DNA of 63,257 nucleotides, the filler included, from an uncultured bacterium (GTDB lineage: Bacteria; Latescibacterota; UBA2968): NCBI GenBank assembly GCA_964471275.1. It is 3 parts of 3 records of this genome, joined end to end, with 100 filler letters (N's around TTAATTAATTAA, not from the genome) between each part and the next. Parts side by side here need not be neighbours in the genome. Positions count along the whole stretch, not along the records: positions 42,398 to 63,257 come from CAYYGZ010000059.1; 2 more parts are not named here. One strand, 5' to 3'. Within the stretch, counting starts at the first letter, position 1. Each line of letters starts with the position of its first letter. The notes under the pieces are model-generated. The model was given only the letters and a program-made list of their open reading frames with translations, did no database searches and was not told where the DNA came from. This document shows positions 49,111 to 59,224 of the stretch, piece after piece. The position numbers and the translations under genes were made by a program.

Positions 49111-50556
49111 TTGCCGAAAAGCATCCTCTTCGTTGAATGCGACAGCATGGATGGTCGTATCATGGGCTGCATGAACCATCCTGCCGCACACACTCCCAAC
49201 ATGGATGCCCTGGCCAAACGCGGTGTGCTCTTCCGGAACACATACTGCAATTCTCCCCAGTGCTGTCCCTCGCGTGCGAGTCGTTGGAGCGGCAAACACA
49301 ATCACATCATCGAAGCGTGGAACAACCACAAGGGGATCGAACCTGGGGCCCGAACCTATGTATCTGACCTGGAGGCGGCCAGTTATCACCACCAGGTGTA
49401 TGGCAAGACCGATTACGTGTCCGGGGGCCATTCTCTGGGGAATCGCGTCACGTGCTGGAATCGGGCGGCGGACATCAGACTGAGCCGCGGGAAGAGTCCG
49501 TTGGCTGGTCTCGAGCAGATCGACGAACCACATCACCGCGTACACACACGCGATTGGGAACACGTCGACCGCAGCATCGCCTACCTGAAGGAACGGGCTG
49601 CTGACGGCAAGCCCTTCATCCTGCATTGCAGCATCTCGTGTCCTCATCCACGGTTTGTCTCCTCAAAGCGCTATCTCGATCGCATCAACCAAGAGAAGGT
49701 GACAGTGCCTCCCTTCGAGGAACACCTGCACCCGGTGATGGAATACATGAGCGACACAAAGGCCTGCCTCGCGCCGTTCACAGATGAGGAAATCCGCACG
49801 GTCCGCCATACATACTTTGCCATGGTCGCCGAGGTGGACGAGATGCTCGGAGCACTCGTCGAGACATATGACGAATTGAGCCTCCGTGAGGACACCTACA
49901 TCCTCTTCGGCAGCGATCACGGAGAGATGAACCTCGAGCATCGCCAGCAGCTGAAGAACGCGATGTATGAAGCATCTGCCCGCGTGCCCCTCATCATTGC
50001 CGGACCCGGTATCGTCGCGGACCATCAGGTGGACGACCTTGTCTCCCTCGTCGATCTGTATCCGACGTTCATGGACATGACCGAGCTCCCCCATCCCGAC
50101 GATCTGTCCGGGGTGTCGCTTATGCCGGAGCTCCGGGGCGGTAAGACGGATCGCCCGGACACCGTGCTCTGCCAGTATCACGGCAATTTCGCGAACACTG
50201 GTGAATTCATGATCCGGCGGGGTTCGCACAAATACATCGCCTACGCGGGCTACGAGTCCCAGCTGTTTGATCTGGCAAGCGATCCGGAGGAAATCGACAA
50301 CCTGGTTGAGAAGGAGCCCGAGCTGGCTGCAGAAATGGATCGTTCGCTGCGTGAATTGATAGAATACGAAGCCGTTGACGCAAAAGTGAAAAGGTATGAC
50401 CGTGAGAGCTACAGGGCGTGGCGTGCGGAGATCGGCGAGGATGAGTATGAGCGGGCGATGGCTGAGATCCTGCCCGGCTGGAGTGACCGTGAGCGCGAGA
50501 TGACAGAAACCTGGCTGGCGAAAACCCCGTATGAGCAGAAGGAGAACCGTGTATAG
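49111..50556 (+). CDS. Sulfatase, arylsulfatase K-like
   Basis: DSMDGR, NSPQCCPSRA..WSG, WNNHKG, GKTDYVSGGHSL.NRV..W, SDHGEM..EHRQ..K..MYEASARVPL. Confidence 0.88.
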   Translation: MPKSILFVECDSMDGRIMGCMNHPAAHTPNMDALAKRGVLFRNTYCNSPQCCPSRASRWSGKHNHIIEAWNNHKGIEPGARTYVSDLEAASYHHQVYGKTDYVSGGHSLGNRVTCWNRAADIRLSRGKSPLAGLEQIDEPHHRVHTRDWEHVDRSIAYLKERAADGKPFILHCSISCPHPRFVSSKRYLDRINQEKVTVPPFEEHLHPVMEYMSDTKACLAPFTDEEIRTVRHTYFAMVAEVDEMLGALVETYDELSLREDTYILFGSDHGEMNLEHRQQLKNAMYEASARVPLIIAGPGIVADHQVDDLVSLVDLYPTFMDMTELPHPDDLSGVSLMPELRGGKTDRPDTVLCQYHGNFANTGEFMIRRGSHKYIAYAGYESQLFDLASDPEEIDNLVEKEPELAAEMDRSLRELIEYEAVDAKVKRYDRESYRAWRAEIGEDEYERAMAEILPGWSDREREMTETWLAKTPYEQKENRV

Positions 50557-52213
50557 CTATCAATCGATACTCTCACGGCTGGAAGAGAGTGTCGTGAGCT
50601 CATACGATCAGCAGGTTTTGGATACGAGTCTGCGTGAAGATGGCGCATTTATCCAGGAGTCCGTGCCGCATCCGGTAGCCAATCACGGTAACCACTCCCA
50701 GCGTCTCGCACAGGCGGGTTTCGTCTACCTTTCGGAAAGATCAACCTTGCGCGGCGACGACAAGTTATTCGATCGGCTGCTGCGGGGAATCGCCTTCCAG
50801 AAACGCTGGCAGCGCGAAGACGGGCTGATCGACAATGTCCTCGTAAACTGGGACTCGCCGACCGCGACAGCCTTTACGGTCGAGCTCCTCGCGCCGGTCG
50901 TGCAACTGGCGCGTGAGGTTGCCCGTTTGGGCGACGACCGGGCAGCTGAGATTGCGGAATCGCTGGGGGAATATATTCGAACAGGCTCTCTTGGCGCGAT
51001 CGACAAGGGCTTCCACACACCGAATCACAGGTGGGTCGTCTGTGCCGGACTCGCGCAAGCGATGACCCTTTATCCAGATCTGGGGGCCGGGTCGTATGTG
51101 GACAGCATTCTGTCTGAGACGATCGACATCAACGCGGACGGTGAATACATTGAGCGGAGCACAGGCACCTACAACGCCGTCTGCAACCGCTGCCTCCGAA
51201 TTATGGCCGATCATCTGGGTCGCCCCGATCTGCTCGATCCCGTTCGTCGAAACCTCGATATGATGATACACATGTTCCATCCTGACGGGTCGATCGAAAC
51301 GCAGATGTCGAACCGTCAGGATCGGGGAACACGAAAGGTCCCGAGTGTTGCCGACTCCTACTTCGATCTCGCACAAAGAGACGACAACGGTGAATGGGCG
51401 TTCGTCGCTGACAGGCTGGTAGCTTCTGGTGCGGCGAGCTCGTGGCTTCTCTACCCGTTCATTGCCTATCCGAAATTCCGTGAAGACAGACTCGAGCGGG
51501 TGCCTCCTCCCGACTCCTACCGCAAGGTCTATCCCGCAGCAAAGATCCTGCGAGTCCGTGATGCGGGTGTCTCGGTCACCGCCCTGGCCGAAAACGACGT
51601 GCCGTTCAAGGGTGTTTTCGGATCAGTCGAACTGAAGGCCTTCCGGTTGGGCGCCACGTATCAGGGCGCCCAGATTTTCGTCGCAGACACATTCGAACGG
51701 ACAGATCACGGTGTCTCGATGACCCACTGTGGAGCGATGAAGACGATCCCGGGATACGATCTTCCTGTCGGGCGCCCAGTCGGCTACGATGAATGGAAGA
51801 CGCTGCGCCCGAACAGAGAGCGGTGGAACCAGCCGACATTCGACATTACACTTTCAATCGTCGAACTCGCGAGTGGGTTCGACCTGCGCGTTCATAGCAT
51901 TGGAGGGATAGAGGATGTGACGTTCTGGGCGGAGTGGTGCTTTGACGGTCCGGGACAATGGGAGACGATCAGCCAGTCGATGGATGCAATCGTCGGGCAG
52001 TCTGTTCTGCTCCACGACGGCTGCGGAGTTTACCACAGAGGCACATCGGGCGTTCAGATCGGCCCGGGAATCGCACAACACCGTATGCCCAACCCCAGGC
52101 AGGACGAAGAAGCATTCCGCGTCCAGATGGCGCTGAAATCACCGATTGACCACACGTTCACGCTAAGATACGGTGTCTGGTCTGTCGGAACATCCGAGTT
52201 GTTGCCGGGATAG
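50549..52213 (+). CDS. Hypothetical protein, possibly lyase-like (alpha/alpha toroid + beta sandwich)
   Basis: Long ORF with GTG start after GGAG; GFHTPNHRWV, DGEYIERS.G.YN and SNRQD motifs reminiscent of heparinase II/III-like proteins. Confidence 0.6.
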   Translation: MYSYQSILSRLEESVVSSYDQQVLDTSLREDGAFIQESVPHPVANHGNHSQRLAQAGFVYLSERSTLRGDDKLFDRLLRGIAFQKRWQREDGLIDNVLVNWDSPTATAFTVELLAPVVQLAREVARLGDDRAAEIAESLGEYIRTGSLGAIDKGFHTPNHRWVVCAGLAQAMTLYPDLGAGSYVDSILSETIDINADGEYIERSTGTYNAVCNRCLRIMADHLGRPDLLDPVRRNLDMMIHMFHPDGSIETQMSNRQDRGTRKVPSVADSYFDLAQRDDNGEWAFVADRLVASGAASSWLLYPFIAYPKFREDRLERVPPPDSYRKVYPAAKILRVRDAGVSVTALAENDVPFKGVFGSVELKAFRLGATYQGAQIFVADTFERTDHGVSMTHCGAMKTIPGYDLPVGRPVGYDEWKTLRPNRERWNQPTFDITLSIVELASGFDLRVHSIGGIEDVTFWAEWCFDGPGQWETISQSMDAIVGQSVLLHDGCGVYHRGTSGVQIGPGIAQHRMPNPRQDEEAFRVQMALKSPIDHTFTLRYGVWSVGTSELLPG

Positions 52214-52241
52214 CAATTCGCCCGGTTCTCCCTGGTGATCT

Positions 52242-54212
52242 ATGTCGGAAGCACAGCCCACACCTACTGAAGATGAGAAACGTCCGGTCACGGTGCGAGG
52301 TGTCTGTCTGGGCACCCTCGCTGCCGCACTGACGAGTGGGTGGGTCAGTTTCGCACGCACGGGCGCGTCCACCTCAGACGTCAACATCACCCATCTTCCG
52401 GTCTCGTTCCTCGGCATCTTTATGCTGATCGCGACCACGAACTTCCTTCTGAGACGCCGCTACATCCGCGGGCTCTCACCCCCCGAACTCTTCACCATCA
52501 TGGTCATGGGACTCGTCGCCGGTATGATTCCGGCGAGAGGCCTGACTGGCACGTGGCTCGGTCTGATGGCCGCACCATACTACCTGGCTACACCCGAGAA
52601 CGGTTGGATAGACTTGGTCCAGCCCAACCTGTCGACGTGGTTGTTCCCGAAGAACGATCACAGTGAAACTACCTGGCTCTACGAAGGCCTTCCCCAAGGA
52701 GCCGCTATCCCGTGGCAAGCGTGGGTCATGCCGATCCTCTGGTGGGTCGCCCTGATCGTCGCAGGATTCGTCGTCTGCGTAAGCATTGTCGTCATCCTCA
52801 GGAAACAGTGGATCGAGTATGAGCGGCTGGATTACCCCCTCGTCTCGCGGATCCTCGACCTGGTTGACGATTCAGAAGACGAGTCAGGCAATCCCAGATG
52901 GCCCCGGCTGCTGAGTGGAAACCTCTTCTGGGTGGGGTTCACTTTCGCATTCGGGATCATTGTCTGGAATATCGTCGGCTATTTCGACACACAGTGGCCG
53001 ACCATAAGGCTAAGCCCGCTTGGCGGCCGCTTCTATGCCTGCAGGCTCTGTCCCTGGATCATCACGCACATTAATCCCTACACGATCGGTTTTGGGTATT
53101 TCGTAAAGCAGGAGATCCTGTTCTCGATCTGGTTCTTCCATCTGCTCTTCATCGCACAGGTCGTCCTGCTCAGACGCACGGGTCTACAGCTCGGCGGGAA
53201 GGACGTGCCGGGACAGAGTTGGGGAGATCCCGTCGTAAAGTGGCAAAGCCTCGGAGCCCTGTTCGCTTTTGTGATCTGGGGGTTGTGGACGGCGAGACGC
53301 CATCTCGGGGTGGTGTTTCGAAAAGCGGTCGGCGGAGAGCCAGACGTCGACGACACCGGCGAGATGCTCTCATACCGCACCGCGGTGATTTCTCTCGTGA
53401 TGGGTGTGCTATTCATTGCCTTCTGGATGTCGCAGGCGGGCGTCCCGTCGGCGATGATTGCCTTCATCATCCCGACGGCGATGGTGCTCTATATCGCCCT
53501 GGCTCGATTCGTCTGTGAATCCGGTACACTCTATTTAAACTTGCCGGCATCCCCGCTGGAGGTCGGCTACCAGATGGTCGGCACGACGACCCTGTCTGCC
53601 CGTACCGTCGTCGCCGCCTCGACTACCACCACGCTCCCTTGGATGCTCTTCCTGCCAGCACTGTCTCAGGGTGCCAGAGCCGCCGACCGTATACGAGGCA
53701 GCAAACGAACGCTATTCTGGGCACTCCTGATCGGACTCCTTGTCGCACTCGCCGTGAACATCGTCATCGTGTTGTACAACGGGTATACCTACGGTGCATT
53801 CAACTTCACCGAATTCCCCTTCACACGATATGCGCCGCGCACAATCGGCGGGATGGTTCGAACAATTAAGAACCCGCAGCCCGCCTCGCTCCCGCACTTC
53901 TTCGTATTCCTCCTGGGTACCGCTGTTATGATCGCGCTGACCGTCATCCGATACCGAATGGGCTCGTGGACTATGCACCCGATCGGTTACGCCATCAGCA
54001 CCACAAGTATCAGGCTTCAGGTCACCTCGCTGTTTTTCGTTTGGATGACAAAATCACTGGTGATTCGGATCGGCGGGGTCCAGCTCTATCAGCGTCTCTA
54101 CCCACTATTCATAGGCCTCATCCTGGGCAGAACCGCGGGAACCGTCCTCTCCTTCATCGTCGACCTGATCTGGTTTCCGGGCAGCGGGCACAACGCGCAC
54201 GGCTGGGCATGA
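52242..54212 (+). CDS. DUF6785/DUF6784-type polytopic membrane protein (putative transporter)
   Basis: Many TM helices; W..W..P..WW, RKQWIEYERLDYPL, WTARRHL, HPIGY, IRIGG..LY...PLFIGLILG. Confidence 0.75.
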   Translation: MSEAQPTPTEDEKRPVTVRGVCLGTLAAALTSGWVSFARTGASTSDVNITHLPVSFLGIFMLIATTNFLLRRRYIRGLSPPELFTIMVMGLVAGMIPARGLTGTWLGLMAAPYYLATPENGWIDLVQPNLSTWLFPKNDHSETTWLYEGLPQGAAIPWQAWVMPILWWVALIVAGFVVCVSIVVILRKQWIEYERLDYPLVSRILDLVDDSEDESGNPRWPRLLSGNLFWVGFTFAFGIIVWNIVGYFDTQWPTIRLSPLGGRFYACRLCPWIITHINPYTIGFGYFVKQEILFSIWFFHLLFIAQVVLLRRTGLQLGGKDVPGQSWGDPVVKWQSLGALFAFVIWGLWTARRHLGVVFRKAVGGEPDVDDTGEMLSYRTAVISLVMGVLFIAFWMSQAGVPSAMIAFIIPTAMVLYIALARFVCESGTLYLNLPASPLEVGYQMVGTTTLSARTVVAASTTTTLPWMLFLPALSQGARAADRIRGSKRTLFWALLIGLLVALAVNIVIVLYNGYTYGAFNFTEFPFTRYAPRTIGGMVRTIKNPQPASLPHFFVFLLGTAVMIALTVIRYRMGSWTMHPIGYAISTTSIRLQVTSLFFVWMTKSLVIRIGGVQLYQRLYPLFIGLILGRTAGTVLSFIVDLIWFPGSGHNAHGWA

Positions 54213-54314
54213 TCACGCCAAGCCGAAAAATCAAGAATGTAAGGATCCGGCTAGAGTCCGACATTCGATCTCCATCCAGAGCCCTGCATTCTGAATTCAC
54301 ACTCTCCTCTGCTT

Positions 54315-54512
54315 CTAGCCCATATCCTGCTTGAAGCTGGTCCGCACCTTCTCCTGTTCTGCCCTCTTCTTGGACTTCACTGTCTGCGAGAGCTTGCTTT
54401 CCTTTTCCTCCAACTGGGCGACGTGTTTCCGGAGGCTGTTCACTTCCGATTTAAACGAACGTGCCTCATCATCAAGCCCCATGGACTTGACTTTCATCAG
54501 ATATTGCAACAC
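54315..54512 (-). CDS. Small coiled-coil hypothetical protein (or gene remnant)
   Basis: 65 aa charged heptad pattern; no family recognised. Confidence 0.3.
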   Translation of the reverse strand: MLQYLMKVKSMGLDDEARSFKSEVNSLRKHVAQLEEKESKLSQTVKSKKRAEQEKVRTSFKQDMG

Positions 54513-54761
54513 CGTGTCAACCGCTTGGCTGCAGTCGTAGGTGGCTGCCTATTCTTCCGTTGCCCGCACAAAGATTCAACATGTTCGTGCAGGAGGAGCT
54601 TGCTGAAAACTTCGGGCGAAACGGATCTTCTCACTGTCATCACACCCCTCTCTTCCGCACGCGGTGTAGAGGTGGCGAACCCGACATCGATCAGCGGTAT
54701 CAGGATTGCTTTCGTTCGATCATCCTTTTGTTTCCACTATTCAGACAAGAGACAATATAGA

Positions 54762-55662
54762 ATGGAAACTACCCAGATCGTCGGGCAAATAGAAATGAGT
54801 GGGTATGCGATCATCGAACAAGTCATCCCGTCAGATGTGGTGAGCGAAATCAGTGACGAGATGGTAGGTATCCAGAGCGAGCACGACGCAGAGTCTCGGG
54901 CTCGGCTGGAGGCAGCCCGCGCCAAAGGGCACCGGAGTCGGGGCCAGGGGGGTGGGTGTTCTGAAGCAAGTCATCAACTATACCCAATCCTTCGCTCCCT
55001 ACCTGGCTGATCGTCGGATCATCGAGGCAGCCGAGGCCTTCTTCGGCCCATACGTCCGCATCTCGTGCACGGACGTAGTCGTCACCCATCCGGGGAACGA
55101 GCGTGGCTACTGGCACGCTGACTGGCCCTACAACCAGACCAACGCATCCAACGTACGGGCTCCGTATCCCAACACAATGTTTCACCTGTCTTCGATATGG
55201 ATGCTCACCGACTTCTCCGAGCAGAACGGTGGAACACTCTTCATCCCAGGCAGCCACAGAGCCACCGACAACCCGTCGGCCGGCACGTTGCATTCCTTCG
55301 ACAACGAGGCGCCCTACCCGGCGGAGACCCATGCCTCCGACCCTGCCGGCTCGGTGCTCCTGTATGACAGCCGGCTGTGGCACGCTGTCGCACCAAACGT
55401 CAGCGACAGAGACAGGGTCGCACTGATCGTTCGCTACGCGCCCTGGTGGCTGAATCTGAACCCGACCATGATCGGTCGTCCCGAGCACACGGCGATGGTC
55501 ATCGAAACGGGCGGAAAAAATTACGAGTCGGCACCGATAGGCCAAGGCGTGTTCGAGTCGCTCGAGCCCGATGTCCAGGCCCTATACCACCACTTCGTGT
55601 CTAATTGCTCGCCCACTTGCAATCCATCAAGCACTCCTGGAGACCGAAGAGAAAAACCGTGA
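54762..55662 (+). pseudogene. Phytanoyl-CoA dioxygenase (PhyH) family protein split by a frameshift in a G6 run at 54947-54952
   Basis: METTQ...GYAIIEQVI in one frame; WHADWP, WMLTDFSEQNGGT..IPGSH, LWHA in the next. Removing one G restores a single frame. Confidence 0.75.
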
Positions 55663-55982
55663 AGATACTGATTTGTCTGTGCATCGCCTGCGTCTTGGTC
55701 TCTTGCCAGAACGGTCCGACCACGCAATCCTTAATCGCGCAGGAGGACCGCGTGAAGAAGGCGGAACAAGAGCTACAGCGAGAGGCGATCCGGTTGCGGT
55801 CCATGCGCGACAGCCTCCAGATCAAGATTGATCAGAATATGGCCCTCGGGATGCCGACAGAGCATTCGGAAACAACGGAACGGGCGATGGTCCAGGTCCA
55901 GGAAGCCGTTTTCACAGCATCGAAAACCAACCTGACACACCAGCGTGAGTTGCTGGCTCTCATGAAGGTCGGACATAGATAG
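55659..55982 (+). CDS. Putative lipoprotein (coiled coil)
   Basis: GTG start, hydrophobic signal ending in lipobox LVSC. Confidence 0.6.
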   Translation: MKILICLCIACVLVSCQNGPTTQSLIAQEDRVKKAEQELQREAIRLRSMRDSLQIKIDQNMALGMPTEHSETTERAMVQVQEAVFTASKTNLTHQRELLALMKVGHR

Positions 55983-56136
55983 GGGCCTACGTTTTGTTAT
56001 GGTCTTTGCACAAAACAGCACAGCGAGCGTCTTCCCGTTGCGTTCATGCCGTTGACACAGGTCATTCTGCCAGGTACTGTTCCTTTGCACGTCGATTGGG
56101 TGCTCCCACTATGCTCACCGATCAAACTCTGACCGC

Positions 56137-57618
56137 ATGATTGAAACCGAAATGCCACCCCAACAGGCAACCCCGAAACTGACGCGCAGTAATGCCGGAC
56201 TCGAGCGCTACGTCCCAACCGACGCTCAGCCCTGGGACGACATTCGCGCTGGTCACCTCCTCCGCCGCACAATCTTTGGCCCCACACCGACCGAGATCGA
56301 CGAGGCAGTCCGAAGCACCCCTGATGCGGTCGTCGAGCAACTCCTGGCCAACCAGCCTCATCCAGACCCACCGGACACCTGGATATACGAAGATCCCTTT
56401 ATCTCTCCTTTGAATTCGGCCCAGAGACGCATCGAGCGAGAACGCGTCAACCAGACACGTGAGTGGTGGATGAGCCTGATCGCCAACCAGGGCGTATCCA
56501 TAACAGAGAAGATGGTGCTGTTCTGGCACGATCACTTTGCGACCCAGGCGATAGACGTGCGGAAGCCCCAGCTGATGTTCAGACAAAACACGACCTTCCG
56601 TCAAAACGCGATCGGGAATTTCAAGAAGCTCGTCCTCGCGATGAACAACGACCCCGCCTTGCTCTACTACCTCGATGGGCGTCTGAATAAGGTCGGGAAA
56701 CCCAACGAGAACTATGCCCGCGAACTGATGGAACTGTTCACGATGGGTGTAGGGAACTACACCGAAGCCGATGTGGGAGAGGCTTCACGCGCCTTTACCG
56801 GGTGGATTGTAGAAGGAAGGCTTGCACGCTTCAACGAATCGCGTCACGATAAGGCGGAGAAAACTTTCTTGGGCAGAACGGGCAACTGGAATGATCTAGC
56901 GATCACAAACATCATCTTTGAACAGCCTGTAACGGCAAAGTTCATCTGTCGGAAGCTTTATCGTGAATTTGTCTACGAATACCCAGATGAAATCATCGTT
57001 GACCAACTGGCTCAGATCCTGAGAGAGAGAGACTTCGACCTGCGGCCGGTTCTGGAAACACTGCTGCTCAGTGCGCACTTCTTCGACGACACGACGATCG
57101 GATCACGGATCAAGAGCCCGATCGAACTGACTGCCGGTACTGCACGGTCGCTCGGCCTGACGGTCGGCGAGAACGGCAACCTCACAGCCGATTTCTTGGT
57201 CGATCAGGCCGAGGAACTGGGCCAGAAGCTTCTGGACCCGCCAAACGTCGCCGGATGGCAGGGCTACCGATCCTGGATCAGCACCAACACACTCCCAAAG
57301 CGGCACTTGCACACAGACAAACTGGTAAACGGCGAGTCTCATTTCGTCGGGCGGAATTTCTACACAATGAGCAAAATGGACTACGTCGCATTCATCAAGT
57401 CGTTCCCGAACCCGTGGAACGCGGCCGAGTTGATTCACGCCATGGGGCGGTGCATGACAGCCTTCCCCGTCGACTCCGATCGTGAAGAGATGTTCCTGTC
57501 GGTCCTGCTGGAAGGGGCGGAGGTCTATGACTGGAATCCTGACGCCAGAGGTGCCGGGTTCCGTATCGCTAACTTGATCAAACTTATTTTCGAGCTACCG
57601 GAATATCAACTGGGGTAA
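56137..57618 (+). CDS. DUF1800 domain protein
   Basis: HLLRR..FG, EKMVLFWHDHFA, YLD...N....PNENYARELMELFTMG, KSP, PPNVAGW, PEYQL. Confidence 0.92.
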   Translation: MIETEMPPQQATPKLTRSNAGLERYVPTDAQPWDDIRAGHLLRRTIFGPTPTEIDEAVRSTPDAVVEQLLANQPHPDPPDTWIYEDPFISPLNSAQRRIERERVNQTREWWMSLIANQGVSITEKMVLFWHDHFATQAIDVRKPQLMFRQNTTFRQNAIGNFKKLVLAMNNDPALLYYLDGRLNKVGKPNENYARELMELFTMGVGNYTEADVGEASRAFTGWIVEGRLARFNESRHDKAEKTFLGRTGNWNDLAITNIIFEQPVTAKFICRKLYREFVYEYPDEIIVDQLAQILRERDFDLRPVLETLLLSAHFFDDTTIGSRIKSPIELTAGTARSLGLTVGENGNLTADFLVDQAEELGQKLLDPPNVAGWQGYRSWISTNTLPKRHLHTDKLVNGESHFVGRNFYTMSKMDYVAFIKSFPNPWNAAELIHAMGRCMTAFPVDSDREEMFLSVLLEGAEVYDWNPDARGAGFRIANLIKLIFELPEYQLG

Positions 57619-57629
57619 CAGGATCATCT

Positions 57630-59066
57630 ATGATTTCACGCCGAAAATTCCTCAAACGCTCTGGCAAGGCGGCCGGTGCTTCAATCGCGCTAGGCGGCTA
57701 TCTAGCTAGGGCATACAGTCAGGAGACAACGGTGGGTCCGATGGGGGCAACCGGGCTCACCGACACGGACCGGATACTTGTCATTGTCCGTCTGGACGGT
57801 GGAAATGACGGGCTCAACACCCTCATCCCCTTCCGTAACGACTCCTACTACAACGCCCGTCCTACGCTTGGCATCCCTGCGAACGAAGTCCTCCCGAACA
57901 AGCTCGATGATGATCGGGCTCTTCATCCTGCACTAACAGGATTCAAGCAGCTTCACGAAGAGGGAGGGCTGCTGTCGATACAGGGCGTGGGTTACCCCAA
58001 TCCGGATCGCTCACATTTCCGGTCGACAGACATCTGGATGACGGGTTCCAACACCGATGAATTCCTGACCACGGGGTGGCTGGGGAGGTACCTAGATGCA
58101 GTCAACCCCGACTTCCCGAATACGCTGTCGGAACATCCCCTGGCGATCGACGTAGGCCCGGTGCTCTCTCTTGCCCTCATCGGCAAGAGGGGTGGAATGG
58201 GCATCGCCCTCCGAAATCCACGCGAGTTCTCTTCCCTCGTGAACTTGGGCAACCAAATCATCGAGGACACCCGGATCAAGACACCCGCAGGCTTCGAACT
58301 CGATTTCATCCGACAGATCAACAAGGAGTCGATTCAATACTCGGACGAGTTGAAAGTCGCGAACGAGCGAGGATCAAATAAGATCGACTACCCCGGCACA
58401 ACGCTGGCCGGCCAGCTTGCGTTAATTGCTCGCCTCATAGATGGTGGGATGCAGTCTCGCGTGTATCTAGTCTCACAACGGGGATACGATACCCATTCAA
58501 ACCAGCTCGATCGCCACACGAACCTTATGACGGACCTGAACGATGCGGTCTTCGCGTTCCAGCAGGACGTCGCCGCCCTCGGCCATAGCCGACGCGTACT
58601 CGGCATGACCGTCTCCGAATTCGGCCGTCGGGTCAAGGAAAACGGAAGCGCAGGCACAGACCACGGCACATCGGCACCGGTTTTTCTGTTCGGAACCGAG
58701 CTGGCTTCCGGTGTTCTCGGTCCGAATCCGGACTTCATCAGTGTCGACAGTCGAGGTGATTTTTTTCACAGCTACGATTTTCGCCAAGTCTATGCTTCCA
58801 TCCTGAATCAGTGGTTCGAGATCCCGGAGCCGATCACCCGGGCGATCCTCCCCTCGGCCTCGGACCTGCTCCCGATCGTCCGCCCCGTCCAGACCGATGC
58901 TTCTGACTTCAACAACGACGGCGTCGTCGACTTCCAGGACTTCCTTCAGTTCGCGGATGGCTTCCAGCGGGGCGACACACGGTTCGACATCGACGGGGAC
59001 GGCCAAACCGGATTCAGCGACTTTCTCGAATTTGCCCGCGCCTTCGGCCGGAGGCGGTCTAGCTGA
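57630..59066 (+). CDS. DUF1501 domain protein with Tat signal and C-terminal EF-hand/dockerin-like domain
   Basis: SRRKFLK, GGNDGLNT, RSHFRS.DIW, GYDTH..Q, SEFGRR..EN...GTDHG, DFRQVY; tail DFNNDGVVDFQDFL...DIDGDGQTGFSDFL. Confidence 0.92.
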   Translation: MISRRKFLKRSGKAAGASIALGGYLARAYSQETTVGPMGATGLTDTDRILVIVRLDGGNDGLNTLIPFRNDSYYNARPTLGIPANEVLPNKLDDDRALHPALTGFKQLHEEGGLLSIQGVGYPNPDRSHFRSTDIWMTGSNTDEFLTTGWLGRYLDAVNPDFPNTLSEHPLAIDVGPVLSLALIGKRGGMGIALRNPREFSSLVNLGNQIIEDTRIKTPAGFELDFIRQINKESIQYSDELKVANERGSNKIDYPGTTLAGQLALIARLIDGGMQSRVYLVSQRGYDTHSNQLDRHTNLMTDLNDAVFAFQQDVAALGHSRRVLGMTVSEFGRRVKENGSAGTDHGTSAPVFLFGTELASGVLGPNPDFISVDSRGDFFHSYDFRQVYASILNQWFEIPEPITRAILPSASDLLPIVRPVQTDASDFNNDGVVDFQDFLQFADGFQRGDTRFDIDGDGQTGFSDFLEFARAFGRRRSS

Positions 59067-59224
59067 GGATCGCCGGTTGAGAATGGGTCGCCGTAAGACA
59101 TGTCAAAGGGCCTGCATCACCAGCAGATGCAGGCCCTTTGGCTATCCTGACAGATCGTAGACGCATCTCGCCCCCCCTGCCCCGTGCGCCTCTCCAGGTA
59201 GGTGATCCGTGGGCGGAAAAATGA

